A stretch of DNA of 32,000 bases from Erysipelotrichaceae bacterium (GTDB taxonomy: Bacteria; Bacillota_I; Bacilli_A; Erysipelotrichales; Erysipelotrichaceae). Positions 1-9,623 of this stretch are shown one piece after another. Under the pieces are notes generated by a model that was given only the letters and a program-made list of their open reading frames with translations, had not been told where the DNA came from and made no database searches. The stretch is taken from the NCBI GenBank assembly GCA_030604855.1, contig JAUVVC010000001.1:240001-272000 (forward strand). The letters run 5' to 3'. A program made the translations under genes and the position numbers. Within the stretch, counting starts at the first letter, position 1. Each line of letters begins with the position of its first letter.

Positions 1-1098
1 ATCCAATCTTTTGAAGTGAGTTTCAATGGGACGACGATTGAATTTTTGGATTTACAGATGCATAAACCGATTCTTGGTTCATTGATTGATTTGAGCTATT
101 ATGTCCATCAAGATGGCTTCAATGATTTGAACAGTGATCAGATGCTCAATACCTTCAAAGTCGATCCACGCGCAAAGGTCAGGATTTCAAATGAGCTGGG
201 TGAGGATGTTCCATATCAGGAAGCCTTGGTTCTTGAGCCCGGTAGATACTCCATAAGCGTGAATATCGTGGATGGCATCGCACAGTATGATTATTTGTTT
301 CATGTGGTGGTGGATCCTGAACCTATAATTTCATTGAGTGATTTACAACCTTCACAGGGAGGTTTGGTTCTCATCGACATTGAGAATGTCTCTAAGGCGA
401 CTGAGATACAAGTGATCAGTAATTTCAAACCATCTGCTATCTATCGAACAGCACACAGTGCACAGTTCTATCTTCCCATGGCGTATCAATCCGAGGCGAA
501 GAACTATGGTTTACAGATCGTGGTTGGAGAAGATGTGTTCGATTATGCCTTGGATGTGCAGACCTATGCTTTCAAAGAATCACATTTCACCGTTCCGGTG
601 AGCATATCCAGCGGTACGGTTGGTAATCAAGATGCGGTGAAACAATATCGAGATGCGATCTATCCGACCTATGTCTCTTTCGTGGAAGAAGTCTATTGGA
701 AAGGGCCTTTTATCATTCCAGTTGAAGGCGCGCGGATTTCATCGACCTTCGGCGAAAAACGTTTTGTGAACAATGCGAAGAATCCAACACGACATTCTGG
801 CATCGATTATGCGATCGCTTGTGGGACGGATGTATATGCATCGAATGCAGGAATCGTGGAGTTTGCGGACTTCTTGATCATGATTGGAAATACCATCGTC
901 ATCGATCATGGTTTGGGTTTGAAGACCTATTATGAACATATGGAAGACATTGTCATCAAAGCGGGGGATATCGTCGAAAAAGGACAACTGATCGGTCATG
1001 TGGGGACGACGGGCTATTCCACGGGTTGTCATTTGCATTTCCAAGCGATGGTCAAGAATCAATCGATCAATCCAGATGTGCTTTATCGTCTAGAATGA
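1..1098 (+). CDS. M23 family metallopeptidase (LytM-like peptidoglycan endopeptidase), 5' end probably cut by the window edge
   Basis: Frame 1 is open from base 1 (IQSFE precedes the GTG at 16 used by the ORF track), so the true start is probably upstream of the window. The C-terminal M23 signatures HSGIDYA (HxxxD) and GCHLHF (HxH) are present. Confidence 0.85.
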   Translation: MQSFEVSFNGTTIEFLDLQMHKPILGSLIDLSYYVHQDGFNDLNSDQMLNTFKVDPRAKVRISNELGEDVPYQEALVLEPGRYSISVNIVDGIAQYDYLFHVVVDPEPIISLSDLQPSQGGLVLIDIENVSKATEIQVISNFKPSAIYRTAHSAQFYLPMAYQSEAKNYGLQIVVGEDVFDYALDVQTYAFKESHFTVPVSISSGTVGNQDAVKQYRDAIYPTYVSFVEEVYWKGPFIIPVEGARISSTFGEKRFVNNAKNPTRHSGIDYAIACGTDVYASNAGIVEFADFLIMIGNTIVIDHGLGLKTYYEHMEDIVIKAGDIVEKGQLIGHVGTTGYSTGCHLHFQAMVKNQSINPDVLYRLE

Positions 1099-1127
1099 TT
1101 GCATTCATTGTTTAAACATGGTATATT
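1099..1127 (+). promoter_or_regulatory. Candidate sigma-A promoter for rpsO
   Basis: TTGCAT (1099-1104), a 17-nt spacer, then TATATT (1122-1127) preceded by TGg (extended -10). It lies about 80 nt upstream of the rpsO start. Confidence 0.45.
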
Positions 1128-1207
1128 GTTAAAGCTTTTGTACTGGGTTCATCGATTCCTCAACGATTTACGCGGTAGAGAAGGACTATAAATAGGAGGA
1201 CACAAAC

Positions 1208-1474
1208 ATGTTGTCAAAAGTCGAAAAGACACAAATCATCAAGGATTACGCTCGTTTTGAAGGGGATACCGGTTCGGTTGAAGTCCAAGTCGCAGTCTTG
1301 ACTGCACAGATCAATCGTTTGACGGAACACTTGAAGGAACACAAGAAAGACTTCCATTCGCTTCGTGGTTTGATGAAGATGGTTGGTACACGTCGTAGCT
1401 TGATGAATTATTTGAAGACGGAAGACGTTAATCGTTACCGCACATTGGTTAGTCGTTTAGGATTGAGAAAGTAA
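1208..1474 (+). CDS. rpsO: 30S ribosomal protein S15
   Basis: 88 aa with the typical S15 sequence ([11 protein letters not shown]...[18 protein letters not shown]...RR..L.YL). The RBS is AGGAGG, 6-7 nt upstream. It sits next to pnp, as in most bacteria. Confidence 0.97.
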   Translation: MLSKVEKTQIIKDYARFEGDTGSVEVQVAVLTAQINRLTEHLKEHKKDFHSLRGLMKMVGTRRSLMNYLKTEDVNRYRTLVSRLGLRK

Positions 1475-1475
1475 G

Positions 1476-1500
1476 ACAAGCTGAAAAGCTTGTTTTTTTC
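1476..1500 (+). terminator. Intrinsic terminator after rpsO
   Basis: Stem ACAAGCT (1476-1482) pairs with AGCTTGT (1487-1493) across a GAAA loop and is followed by a T7 run. Confidence 0.8.
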
Positions 1501-1556
1501 TTTAGTTTAAGGTTGTTTATATGATATGATATTCAAGTCAAAAAAGAGGTAAATAA

Positions 1557-3731
1557 ATGGCAAAACAAGTATTTAGTCTAGATTTCTGTGGAAGAAATCT
1601 AACAGTGGAAACCGGAGAAATTGCCAAACAAGCTGGAGGATCGGTGTTGGTTCGTTATGAAGACACCGTCGTGTTGTCCGTAGCGACTGCAAGTAAGCAA
1701 GCTAAGGATATCGATTTCTTTCCTTTAACGGTTTTGTTTGAAGAAAAATTGTATTCGGTTGGTAAGATTCCGGGTGGTTTCTTACGTAGAGAAGGTCGTC
1801 CAAGTGAACATGCGACATTGTCGTCACGTGTGATCGACCGTACCTTGCGTCCCTTGTTTGCGGATGGATTCCGTAACGAAGTGCAAGTCGTGAATACCGT
1901 ATTATCCGTCGATTACGATCGTTCACCTGAAATGACGGCGATGTTTGGGGCTTCATTGGCCTTGGGTGTCTCCAACATTCCGTTCAATGGTCCAATCGCA
2001 GGTGTCCAAGTCGGCCGTGTGAATGGTGAGTACATCGTCAATCCTACACAAGCTGAAATGGAGAAATCCGATATCGATCTAACGGTCGCGGGTACCAAAG
2101 ATGCCATCAACATGGTTGAGGCGGGTGCCAAGGAAGTCGATGAGGCTTCGATGTTGGAGGCGATGCTTTTTGGGCATGAATTCATCAAGCAATTGTGTGC
2201 TTTCCAAGATGAAGTCACACAAGCCATCGGTACTGCGAAGATGGAAGTCAAGCTCTACGCACACAGCGATGAGTTGGTGAATGAAGTCAAGGCGTACGCT
2301 GAAGCACGTTTGGTTGAAGCGGTTCGCATTAAAGAAAAATTGGAACGTTATGGCAAGATCGATGAGATCGAAGCGGAAACGTATGCTTATTTTGAAACAA
2401 AAGAATATGCAAGTGATTCCGTCAAGGCAAAGACCTTGAAGCAGGTCAAAGAAATCACACATGATATCGTTGCGACGGAAGTGCGTCGTTTGATCTCCAT
2501 CGACAAGGTTCGTCCGGATGGTCGACAGATCAATGAATTGCGTGCTTTGAATTCACAAGTGGATTTGTTGCCTCGCGTACATGGCAGTGCTTTGTTCACC
2601 CGTGGTGAAACACAAGTGTTGTCGGTTTGTACCTTAGGCGCATTGGGCGACAATCAAATCATCGATGATTTGACGGAAGTCGAATTCAAGCGTTTCATGC
2701 ATCATTACAACTTCCCTCCATACTCCGTAGGTGAAACCGGCCGCATGGGTTCGCCTGGACGTCGTGAAATCGGTCACGGAGCTTTGGGTGAGCGTGCGTT
2801 GTTGCAAGTCTTACCAAGTGAAGACGCTTTCCCTTACGCAGTGCGTTTGGTTGCGGAAACCTTGGAATCCAATGGATCCTCTTCACAAGCATCCATCTGT
2901 GCCGGAACCATGGCATTGATGGCAGCAGGGGTTCCGATCAAGGCACCGGTTGCGGGTATCGCGATGGGCTTGGTCACTTTTGGTGAACACTATACCGTAT
3001 TGACTGACATCCAAGGGATGGAAGATCATTTCGGCGATATGGACTTTAAAGTAGCGGGTACCGCGAACGGTATCACGGCATTGCAGATGGACATCAAGAT
3101 CGATGGTTTGAACCGTCAGATCTTAGAAGAAGCTTTAGCGCAAGCCAAAGTGGGTCGTTTGCAGATTCTTGAAAACATGATGGCTACGATTGGTGAAGTT
3201 CGCGCGAACGTCGGTGAATACGCACCTAAGATCGCTAAGATGCAGATCGCACCAGATAAGATTCGTGATGTCATTGGTGCCGGTGGCAAGATCATCAACC
3301 AAATCATTGCGGATTGTGATCAAGTCAAGATCGACATTGAAGATGATGGTCGTATCCTGATCTATCACCAAGACCAAAAAGCCATCGATAAAGCGAAAGC
3401 GAAGATCGAAAGCTTGGTTCGCAGTGCCAAAGTCGGTGAAATCTACGATGCGAAGGTCGTACGCATTGAAAGCTTCGGAGCCTTTGTGGAACTCTTCCCA
3501 GGGACCGATGGCTTGTTGCATGTATCGAAGATCTCGTATGATCGTGTTGAAAAACCAAGCGATGTCTTGAAGATGGGTCAAATCATCCAAGTCATCGTCA
3601 GTGAAGTCGATGAAAAGGGTCGCGTCAATGTATCCCATAAGGATTTGTTGCCAAAACCTGAAGGTTATGTCGAAAAGCCACAAGCTGAACGCAAACCTCG
3701 TCCACCGTTTAATCGGAACAAGAAATCCTAA
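1557..3731 (+). CDS. pnp: Polyribonucleotide nucleotidyltransferase (PNPase)
   Basis: 724 aa with two RNase PH-like halves ([15 protein letters not shown] motif), followed by KH ([10 protein letters not shown]) and S1 ([20 protein letters not shown]) domains. The RBS is AAGAGG. Confidence 0.97.
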   Translation: MAKQVFSLDFCGRNLTVETGEIAKQAGGSVLVRYEDTVVLSVATASKQAKDIDFFPLTVLFEEKLYSVGKIPGGFLRREGRPSEHATLSSRVIDRTLRPLFADGFRNEVQVVNTVLSVDYDRSPEMTAMFGASLALGVSNIPFNGPIAGVQVGRVNGEYIVNPTQAEMEKSDIDLTVAGTKDAINMVEAGAKEVDEASMLEAMLFGHEFIKQLCAFQDEVTQAIGTAKMEVKLYAHSDELVNEVKAYAEARLVEAVRIKEKLERYGKIDEIEAETYAYFETKEYASDSVKAKTLKQVKEITHDIVATEVRRLISIDKVRPDGRQINELRALNSQVDLLPRVHGSALFTRGETQVLSVCTLGALGDNQIIDDLTEVEFKRFMHHYNFPPYSVGETGRMGSPGRREIGHGALGERALLQVLPSEDAFPYAVRLVAETLESNGSSSQASICAGTMALMAAGVPIKAPVAGIAMGLVTFGEHYTVLTDIQGMEDHFGDMDFKVAGTANGITALQMDIKIDGLNRQILEEALAQAKVGRLQILENMMATIGEVRANVGEYAPKIAKMQIAPDKIRDVIGAGGKIINQIIADCDQVKIDIEDDGRILIYHQDQKAIDKAKAKIESLVRSAKVGEIYDAKVVRIESFGAFVELFPGTDGLLHVSKISYDRVEKPSDVLKMGQIIQVIVSEVDEKGRVNVSHKDLLPKPEGYVEKPQAERKPRPPFNRNKKS

Positions 3732-3746
3732 GGGATTTCTTTTTTT
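3721..3746 (+). terminator. Intrinsic terminator after pnp (overlaps the stop codon)
   Basis: AGAAATCC (3721-3728) pairs with GGATTTCT (3733-3740) across a TAAG loop that contains the pnp stop, followed by a T6 run. Confidence 0.75.
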
Positions 3747-3774
3747 GACTCTAAGTGATGATTGTAAATATGCT
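3745..3774 (+). promoter_or_regulatory. Candidate promoter for the pepV-trmB-...-murC gene string
   Basis: TTGACT (3745-3750), an 18-nt spacer, then TATGCT (3769-3774). It lies about 25 nt before the pepV start. The spacer length and -10 box are suboptimal. Confidence 0.35.
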
Positions 3775-3798
3775 AAAATAGATAAAAGAGGTACGAAA

Positions 3799-5175
3799 AT
3801 GGACTTTTATCAAGAAACACAAAAACGTAAAGAGAAGATGATTCAAGACCTGCAGGGTTTGATTCAGATTCCATCTTTACGTGATTTAGAAACTAAAGCG
3901 GAGAATGCACCCTTTGGGAAAGATTTACGCAATGCATTGGATTATGTCTTGGATTTAGCGAAAGCGGATGGCTTCAAGACCCGTGATTTGGAAGGTTATG
4001 CCGGTGTCATTGAATTTGGTGAAGGGGAAGAAATCCTGGGTGTCTTAGGTCATCTGGATGTCGTTCCGATTGGGACCGGATGGACGGTCGATCCCTTTGG
4101 TGGTGAAATCAAAGAAGGCTTCATCATGGGTCGTGGTGCCCAAGATGATAAAGGTCCGACCATGGCGGGTTACACGGCCATGAAGATTTTGAAAGATATG
4201 GGTTTTCAACCGAAGAAGCGTGTCTTTTTGATCGTCGGTTGTGATGAAGAAACAGGCATGTCCTGCATGAAGTATTACAATGAACACGGTGAGATTCCCA
4301 ATTTCGGCTTTGTGCCAGATGCGGATTTCCCAGTTGTCTATGGTGAAAAGGGCATCATGAATTTGAATTTGAAGGGAGATGTTCAAACGAAGATCCTTCG
4401 CATCAAAGCAGGTGAGCGTCCTAATATCTGCATTGGTGAAGCAAGCATCGTGATGGAAGGCTATCCACTCAAGGATCTCTTTGCATTCTACTTAGAAACG
4501 CATCATCTCAAGGGTGAACTCATTGAGCGGGATGGCGAGAGTGAATATAAATTCTATGGGAAGTTCTCCCATGGGGCAAAACCCGATGATGGCATCAATG
4601 CGGCTTGGCATGCGCTCAACTTCGTAGGGGGTGCGTATCAGGACCGTTTCGCAACGAAACTTGCGGAACTCTTACGCGATTGGCGTGCAGAACCCTTGGG
4701 TGTCAAAGTCTTTGGATCCCATATGGGTTACTTGACGATGAACATCGGGGTCGTGAACATTGAACACAAGCATGCTTCGATCATCTTGGATATTCGTTAT
4801 CCACAAGAAACCAATCATGAACACATCTTCAGTGAAATAAGCAAGCGTTTTAATGAAGCGGATCTTGGTTTGAAGGTCGAATTGATTCAAGCGAAGGAAC
4901 CTTTGTTTGTGGATCCAAAGAGTACCTTGGTCACGACTTTGGAAAAAGTCTATCGTGATTATTCCAAGGACATGACGACACCTTTATTGACGATGGGTGG
5001 CGGCACCTATGCACGTTCCTTTAAGAACTTCGTCGCCTTTGGGGCGGAATTCCCAACACGTGAGCGTCCAGCTTGGGTCGGACAGGTCCATCAAGCGGAT
5101 GAAGGTTATGAGTTGGAACAATACTATTTGGCGACGGCGATTTATGCGCAAGCCATTTACGATTTGAGTAAATAA
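3799..5175 (+). CDS. pepV: M20 family dipeptidase (PepV / Sapep-like)
   Basis: I start at MDFYQETQK (ATG 3799, RBS AAGAGG), not at the track start of 3601, which overlaps pnp and its terminator. The metal-ligand motifs GHLDVVP, GRGAQDDKGP and VGCDEE are present. Length is 458 aa. Confidence 0.85.
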   Translation: MDFYQETQKRKEKMIQDLQGLIQIPSLRDLETKAENAPFGKDLRNALDYVLDLAKADGFKTRDLEGYAGVIEFGEGEEILGVLGHLDVVPIGTGWTVDPFGGEIKEGFIMGRGAQDDKGPTMAGYTAMKILKDMGFQPKKRVFLIVGCDEETGMSCMKYYNEHGEIPNFGFVPDADFPVVYGEKGIMNLNLKGDVQTKILRIKAGERPNICIGEASIVMEGYPLKDLFAFYLETHHLKGELIERDGESEYKFYGKFSHGAKPDDGINAAWHALNFVGGAYQDRFATKLAELLRDWRAEPLGVKVFGSHMGYLTMNIGVVNIEHKHASIILDIRYPQETNHEHIFSEISKRFNEADLGLKVELIQAKEPLFVDPKSTLVTTLEKVYRDYSKDMTTPLLTMGGGTYARSFKNFVAFGAEFPTRERPAWVGQVHQADEGYELEQYYLATAIYAQAIYDLSK

Positions 5176-5176
5176 G

Positions 5177-5803
5177 ATGCGGATGCGGAATAAACCTTGG
5201 GCAAACGATTTTTTGCTTGCTCATCCAAAATGTATTCAAGATCCTAGCGTTTTCAAAGGAAAATGGAAAACGCATTTTGGTTTTGAACAATTGATCCTGG
5301 AGATCGGCAGTGGCAAAGGGGATTATTGGCGCTCAATGGCTAAAATGGCTCCCGATGTTCTGTGGATCGCACTTGAGAAGGATAAGAATGTTTCTGCGGT
5401 TGCCTTGAAGAAGACGGAAGATTTGGAGAATGGATTCTGGATCGTGAATGATGCGGCACATCTCACCGACTGGTTCGATGTGGGTGAGTTGGATACGATT
5501 CATTTGAATTTCAGTGATCCTTGGCCGAAAAAAGGGCATGCGAAGCGAAGATTGACTTCGGATACCTATACAGAGACCTTATTGTCGTTACTCAAACAAG
5601 GTGGACAGATCAAGTTTAAAACGGATAATAAGTTACTGTTTGAGTATACGATTCTACAATGGCAGGACAAAGCCTTAAAAATGGAAGAATTCAGTGTCGA
5701 TTTCAGGCGTGATGAACACCAAGAAGATGCGATAACGGAATATGAACAGCACTTTATGGAGCTTGGACAAGTGATCTATCGTGCGGTATGGAGGAAAGTG
5801 TGA
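5177..5803 (+). CDS. trmB: tRNA (guanine46-N7)-methyltransferase
   Basis: 208 aa with the SAM-binding motif EIGSGKG and the TrmB signature NFSDPWPKKGHAKRRL. It starts 1 nt after the pepV stop. Confidence 0.92.
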   Translation: MRMRNKPWANDFLLAHPKCIQDPSVFKGKWKTHFGFEQLILEIGSGKGDYWRSMAKMAPDVLWIALEKDKNVSAVALKKTEDLENGFWIVNDAAHLTDWFDVGELDTIHLNFSDPWPKKGHAKRRLTSDTYTETLLSLLKQGGQIKFKTDNKLLFEYTILQWQDKALKMEEFSVDFRRDEHQEDAITEYEQHFMELGQVIYRAVWRKV

Positions 5804-6885
5804 TGTTAAGTGAACTGAGTTTGAAGCGATTGAAAGATTTGACGGAAAAGATGGCCATCAGTGGCGATGAAGTGGAAGTCCGTCGTTATCTGGAAGAAAC
5901 ATACAAGACTTATGGTGGTGAATTGATCAGTGATAATCTTGGATCCATCGCACTCATGAAGAAAAGTAAGAACCCAGATGCGAAGACGGTCCTTCTTTTA
6001 GGCCATATGGATGAAGTGGGTTTCGTTGTGAAAACCATCAATGAAAAGGGTAATCTTTCTTTGGCAACGATTGGTGGTTGGTGGTCGCAAACCTTATTGG
6101 GTCAACGCGTCTTGGTCAAAGCCAGGGATGGCAAGAAGTACAAAGGAACGATTGGAAGCATTCCGCCGCATCTTCTTACAGAGGCGGATCGTGCCAAACC
6201 CATGGAAATCAAAAACATGTTGGTGGATATTGGTTGCACAAGCAAGGATGAAGTGCTTGCTTTGGGCATCAATACTGGGTCTGCGGTCATCTTGGATGGC
6301 AGCTTTGAAGTTTTGAATAATAAACGACTCTTGGCGAAAGCCTTTGACAATCGATATGGTTGTGCCATGGGTTTGGAAGCTTTGGAAGCATTTAAAGATG
6401 TGGAGTTGGATGTCAATCTTGTGGTTGGGGCCAGTGTTCAAGAAGAAGTGGGTTTACGTGGCGCACAAACTTTGAGTTATGCCGTCAAACCGGATGTGGC
6501 GATCATCTTTGATTGTTCACCGGCGAACGATGCGAGCGGAGACAATGAAGCCTTTGGTCAGTTGGGCAAAGGTCCTTTGGTGCGTTTCATCGATGCGAAT
6601 TATCTGCCCAATCGCGGTTTCTTGGATCTCTATGTCGATACCATGGAGAAACACAACTTACCTTATCAGTACTATCAATCATTAGGGGGAACGGATGCAG
6701 GGGCTGTACATAAGCAGTTCAGCGGCATTCCAACCTTGACGATGTGCATCTGTGCACGCAACATCCATACGAACAGTTCGATCATCGATCAAGCTGATTA
6801 TCAGAACGCACGGACGGCCATGATCAAGGTCATTGAACAATTGAATGAACAATCGATCGATGCGATCGTGAAGGCGAATCGATAA
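5803..6885 (+). CDS. M42 family aminopeptidase (YtoP/YsdC/PepA-like)
   Basis: The LLGHMDEVGFVV motif and the ...QEEVGLRGA... and GGTDAG motifs are typical of M42 glutamyl-aminopeptidase/CelM-like enzymes. I prefer ATG 5803 (GGAGG at 5790-5794, TGATG overlap with the trmB stop) over the track start of 5788. Confidence 0.85.
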   Translation: MLSELSLKRLKDLTEKMAISGDEVEVRRYLEETYKTYGGELISDNLGSIALMKKSKNPDAKTVLLLGHMDEVGFVVKTINEKGNLSLATIGGWWSQTLLGQRVLVKARDGKKYKGTIGSIPPHLLTEADRAKPMEIKNMLVDIGCTSKDEVLALGINTGSAVILDGSFEVLNNKRLLAKAFDNRYGCAMGLEALEAFKDVELDVNLVVGASVQEEVGLRGAQTLSYAVKPDVAIIFDCSPANDASGDNEAFGQLGKGPLVRFIDANYLPNRGFLDLYVDTMEKHNLPYQYYQSLGGTDAGAVHKQFSGIPTLTMCICARNIHTNSSIIDQADYQNARTAMIKVIEQLNEQSIDAIVKANR

Positions 6886-6886
6886 A

Positions 6887-7612
6887 ATGCGCAAACTTTG
6901 GCTTGTGTTCTTGGTGTTTCTCATGAGTGCTTGTACGAGTGCTTTTGAGCTGCGCGATTATGATCAAGCCATCCAGAATGCCCTGTCTCAAGAAACCAGC
7001 ACCTATCTCACCATGAATCGGGATCTGTTCAGTTATTATCTCCCGGTTTCCATCGGTCGTAAGGCGTCCACACCCAATTCGGTGACTTTGAACAGCCACA
7101 ATCAAACGATCTTGATGAGTTTGGATGTTGTGAACATCTTGAATCAAGCTTACTATAAGGATGAGGATTCCCTTCGTGACCTCTTGAAAACGGGTGTCGC
7201 ATTTTATACCCATACAGACACCTTTCTAAGCAATCAAAGCATCCCCGTCGATTTCCGTGTGAATGCGGCCAAGATTTCAGACCACTTGGTGTTGTTGATC
7301 TTACAAACGGAACATTTCGTTTTCACCTCGATTCATCCAGAAACGATCTCACCCGAGATTCTGTATGATATGCTTAGAGTGGCTCGCAGTGCACGCATTG
7401 CGAAAGAAGTAGTCTTGAGTGTGTATTCCAAGCGTGAGGTCATTGATTTCAAGGTTCAGAATCTGAACATGTTCGCACAGGTCGCACCGGAGTCGGGGAC
7501 GGTCATGGATATGATCAAGGAATTGGATGAAAATGACTTTACCGATTTTGATTTTAATGCGGATGAGAACGATCCCGATGCACTTATTGATGAAGTGATC
7601 ATCGAGGAATAA
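6887..7612 (+). CDS. Lipoprotein of unknown function with an acidic C-terminal tail
   Basis: The N-terminus MRKLWLVFLVFLMSAC has a lipobox (LMSAC). The C-terminus is strongly acidic (DENDFTDFDFNADENDPDALIDEVIIEE). It starts 1 nt after the M42 stop. I recognised no family. Confidence 0.7.
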   Translation: MRKLWLVFLVFLMSACTSAFELRDYDQAIQNALSQETSTYLTMNRDLFSYYLPVSIGRKASTPNSVTLNSHNQTILMSLDVVNILNQAYYKDEDSLRDLLKTGVAFYTHTDTFLSNQSIPVDFRVNAAKISDHLVLLILQTEHFVFTSIHPETISPEILYDMLRVARSARIAKEVVLSVYSKREVIDFKVQNLNMFAQVAPESGTVMDMIKELDENDFTDFDFNADENDPDALIDEVIIEE

Positions 7613-7622
7613 GGAGCCTATC

Positions 7623-8309
7623 ATGTTAAAGAAACTAGCATCTTTGTTGTTTGAAGAGGAAGAAGAAGTCATCGAGGAGGAGTTGGACCCAAAACCGATT
7701 CCAAAGAAAGTGACCAAATTACCTTTCAAAGAAAAAGTTGAAGAGGTTAAACCCTCTGTGATTGCGGCGATGAATCCTGTAAAAGAAGAAATCAAGAAGG
7801 AAGAACTGCCACGGGTCGAGGAAGTGATGATCGATACCAAAGTAGAACAATTGCTTCAAACAAAAAAACCGGAATTTGGCATCGAAGCTTCACAACCTGT
7901 GAAGACCAGTGTCGAGTCGAAACCGAAGAAAATTGAAAAAACGATTTATGAATTCCATCCTGTGATCAGCCCGATTTTTGGTGTGGAGGAAAGCCGTCGA
8001 ACACCGATTCACAAACCCATTGTTGAAGTGAATAAACATGTGAAACGGAGTCGTATCAATACGGTCATCAGTCCAATCTATGGGGATTTGGAGAAGTCTA
8101 AGGAAGAACCGAAGGCGAAGCCGAAACGTTTTGTTCCCCATGATCCCATTGAAACCATGGATTTACCGAAAATCAAGGCTGAGAATTACAGTTTGGATGA
8201 TTTGTTAAATCCAATCAAAGCGGAAGAAGAGACACTTTTTGTCAATGAAACAAGCGCAGAAGTTGAAGAAGGACTCCATCAAATATCCTTGTTTGATGAT
8301 GTGAAATAG
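7623..8309 (+). CDS. Highly charged (E/K/P-rich) hypothetical protein with a duplicated VISPI[FY]G motif
   Basis: 228 aa, with RBS AAGGAG 7 nt upstream. The N-terminus MLKKLASLLFEEEEEVIEEE is followed by a low-complexity K/E/P linker. Two copies of VISPI(F/Y)G occur at aa 114-120 and 148-154. It lies directly upstream of murC. Confidence 0.6.
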   Translation: MLKKLASLLFEEEEEVIEEELDPKPIPKKVTKLPFKEKVEEVKPSVIAAMNPVKEEIKKEELPRVEEVMIDTKVEQLLQTKKPEFGIEASQPVKTSVESKPKKIEKTIYEFHPVISPIFGVEESRRTPIHKPIVEVNKHVKRSRINTVISPIYGDLEKSKEEPKAKPKRFVPHDPIETMDLPKIKAENYSLDDLLNPIKAEEETLFVNETSAEVEEGLHQISLFDDVK

Positions 8310-8318
8310 AGGTACGTT

Positions 8319-9623
8319 ATGATTTTCTTTTTAGGCATCAAAGGTGCGGGAATGGCCGCTTTGGCATGCATGCTCCATGAACTCGGTGAACATGTCGAAG
8401 GGTCGGATCTCGAGAAACACTTTTTTACGGAAGAAAGACTTCATGAACTGGGGATTCCGGTTCATCCTTTCGGAAGCTTTCCTCCCGAGGGTTCGACCAT
8501 CATCCTGGGCAATGCTTTTAAGGATGATTTTGCGGATATCGTTGAACTCAAGAAACGTGGAACATATCAATTCTACCGCTACCATGAATACTTGGGTGCT
8601 TTATTGAATGATTATGTCGGTGTTGCCATCACCGGTTCACATGGTAAGACGACGACCACAAAAATGGTCACCAGCATGCTTCAAGCCCATAAACCGACCG
8701 CTTATCTGATTGGGGATGGACATGGTCATCTTGCGTCGGATTCTCATTATATGGCCATTGAGGCAGATGAATATCGACGATTCTTTTTAGCGTATCATCC
8801 TAAATATGCCGTGATCACCAATGTGGATTACGATCATGTGGATTATTACAAAGATGCCTTGGATTATGCTTCGGCGTATGAACAGTTTGCTCACAATGTC
8901 ACCGGTGCACTTTTTGTGTATGGCGATGATCCGGAAGTGCGTAAACTTAAGTTAAGTGGAACGGTGTATACCTATGGCTTGGAGCCAAACAATGATTTGG
9001 TCGCGACCATTGATTACGAAGATGCGCATGAAACGCGCTTCAGACTTAATTTCAAAGGCGATGATCTCGGTGCGATTCGTGTTCCTTTCTCCGGACGACA
9101 CTTGATTTGGAACGCATTGGGATGCATTGGCATCGGTTTGTTGGAGAACATTCCGCTTACGGTTATTGAAGAAGGACTGGGCTCCTTCGAGAATGCGGCG
9201 AGACGATTCAAAGTAGAGCTCAATGGACCCAACATCTACATCGATGATTATGCCCATCATCCAACAGAAGTCAGTGTTACGATCGATGCGGCACGTTTAC
9301 GTTATCCCGACCATAAGTTGATTGCGATCTTCAAACCCCATCGCGTATCCCGTCTCTATCATTTTGCGGATGCTTTTGCACAAGCCTTGGATAAAGCGGA
9401 TGAGGTTTATCTGTGTGGATTTACAGCGATCGATGATCAAGAAGCTGGTTATGATATCACAATTGATTATTTGAAAGATCGATCCAAGAAAGCACGTGTC
9501 ATCACGGAAGATGAAACTGGGGCACGCTTGTTGGAAAAGCAGGGTCCTGCGGTGTATTTGTTCATGAGTTCAAAGGATATTTACGGTCTTGCAAATCTTT
9601 TGAAGCGCTATCAAAAGGATTGA
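8319..9623 (+). CDS. murC: UDP-N-acetylmuramate--L-alanine ligase
   Basis: 434 aa with the N-terminal GIKGAGMAALA Rossmann motif and the Mur ligase P-loop GSHGKTTTT, plus DDYAHHP near the C-terminal domain. Confidence 0.93.
   Translation: MIFFLGIKGAGMAALACMLHELGEHVEGSDLEKHFFTEERLHELGIPVHPFGSFPPEGSTIILGNAFKDDFADIVELKKRGTYQFYRYHEYLGALLNDYVGVAITGSHGKTTTTKMVTSMLQAHKPTAYLIGDGHGHLASDSHYMAIEADEYRRFFLAYHPKYAVITNVDYDHVDYYKDALDYASAYEQFAHNVTGALFVYGDDPEVRKLKLSGTVYTYGLEPNNDLVATIDYEDAHETRFRLNFKGDDLGAIRVPFSGRHLIWNALGCIGIGLLENIPLTVIEEGLGSFENAARRFKVELNGPNIYIDDYAHHPTEVSVTIDAARLRYPDHKLIAIFKPHRVSRLYHFADAFAQALDKADEVYLCGFTAIDDQEAGYDITIDYLKDRSKKARVITEDETGARLLEKQGPAVYLFMSSKDIYGLANLLKRYQKD

Noticed and set aside
1518-1533. 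Short tandem TATGATATGATAT upstream of pnp
   Set aside because: It is only about two and a half copies of a 5-mer in AT-rich promoter-like DNA. It may contain a -10 box (TGaTATGAT) for pnp, but I could not find a convincing -35, so I left it uncalled.
3135-3683. 182-aa ORF antisense to pnp (and the other antisense ORFs within 1702-3558)
   Set aside because: It lies entirely inside the unmistakable PNPase coding region. It has no start context and an unremarkable sequence. These are typical shadow ORFs.
3601-3798. N-terminal extension of the pepV-like ORF given in the track (start 3601)
   Set aside because: The extension overlaps the pnp 3' end and runs through the pnp terminator and a candidate promoter. 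ATG 3799 has an RBS and gives a normal PepV N-terminus. I trimmed similar upstream extensions for these genes: tyrS (11910 to 11943), rpsD (17238 to 17208), thiI (21164 to 21194), trmD (24820 to 24835) and rplS (25615 to 25684).
7349-7840. 163-aa - strand ORF spanning the lipoprotein / charged-protein junction
   Set aside because: It is antisense to two well-supported + strand genes that have RBSs. Its Ser-rich low-complexity sequence reflects the antisense of GAA/GAG-rich coding.
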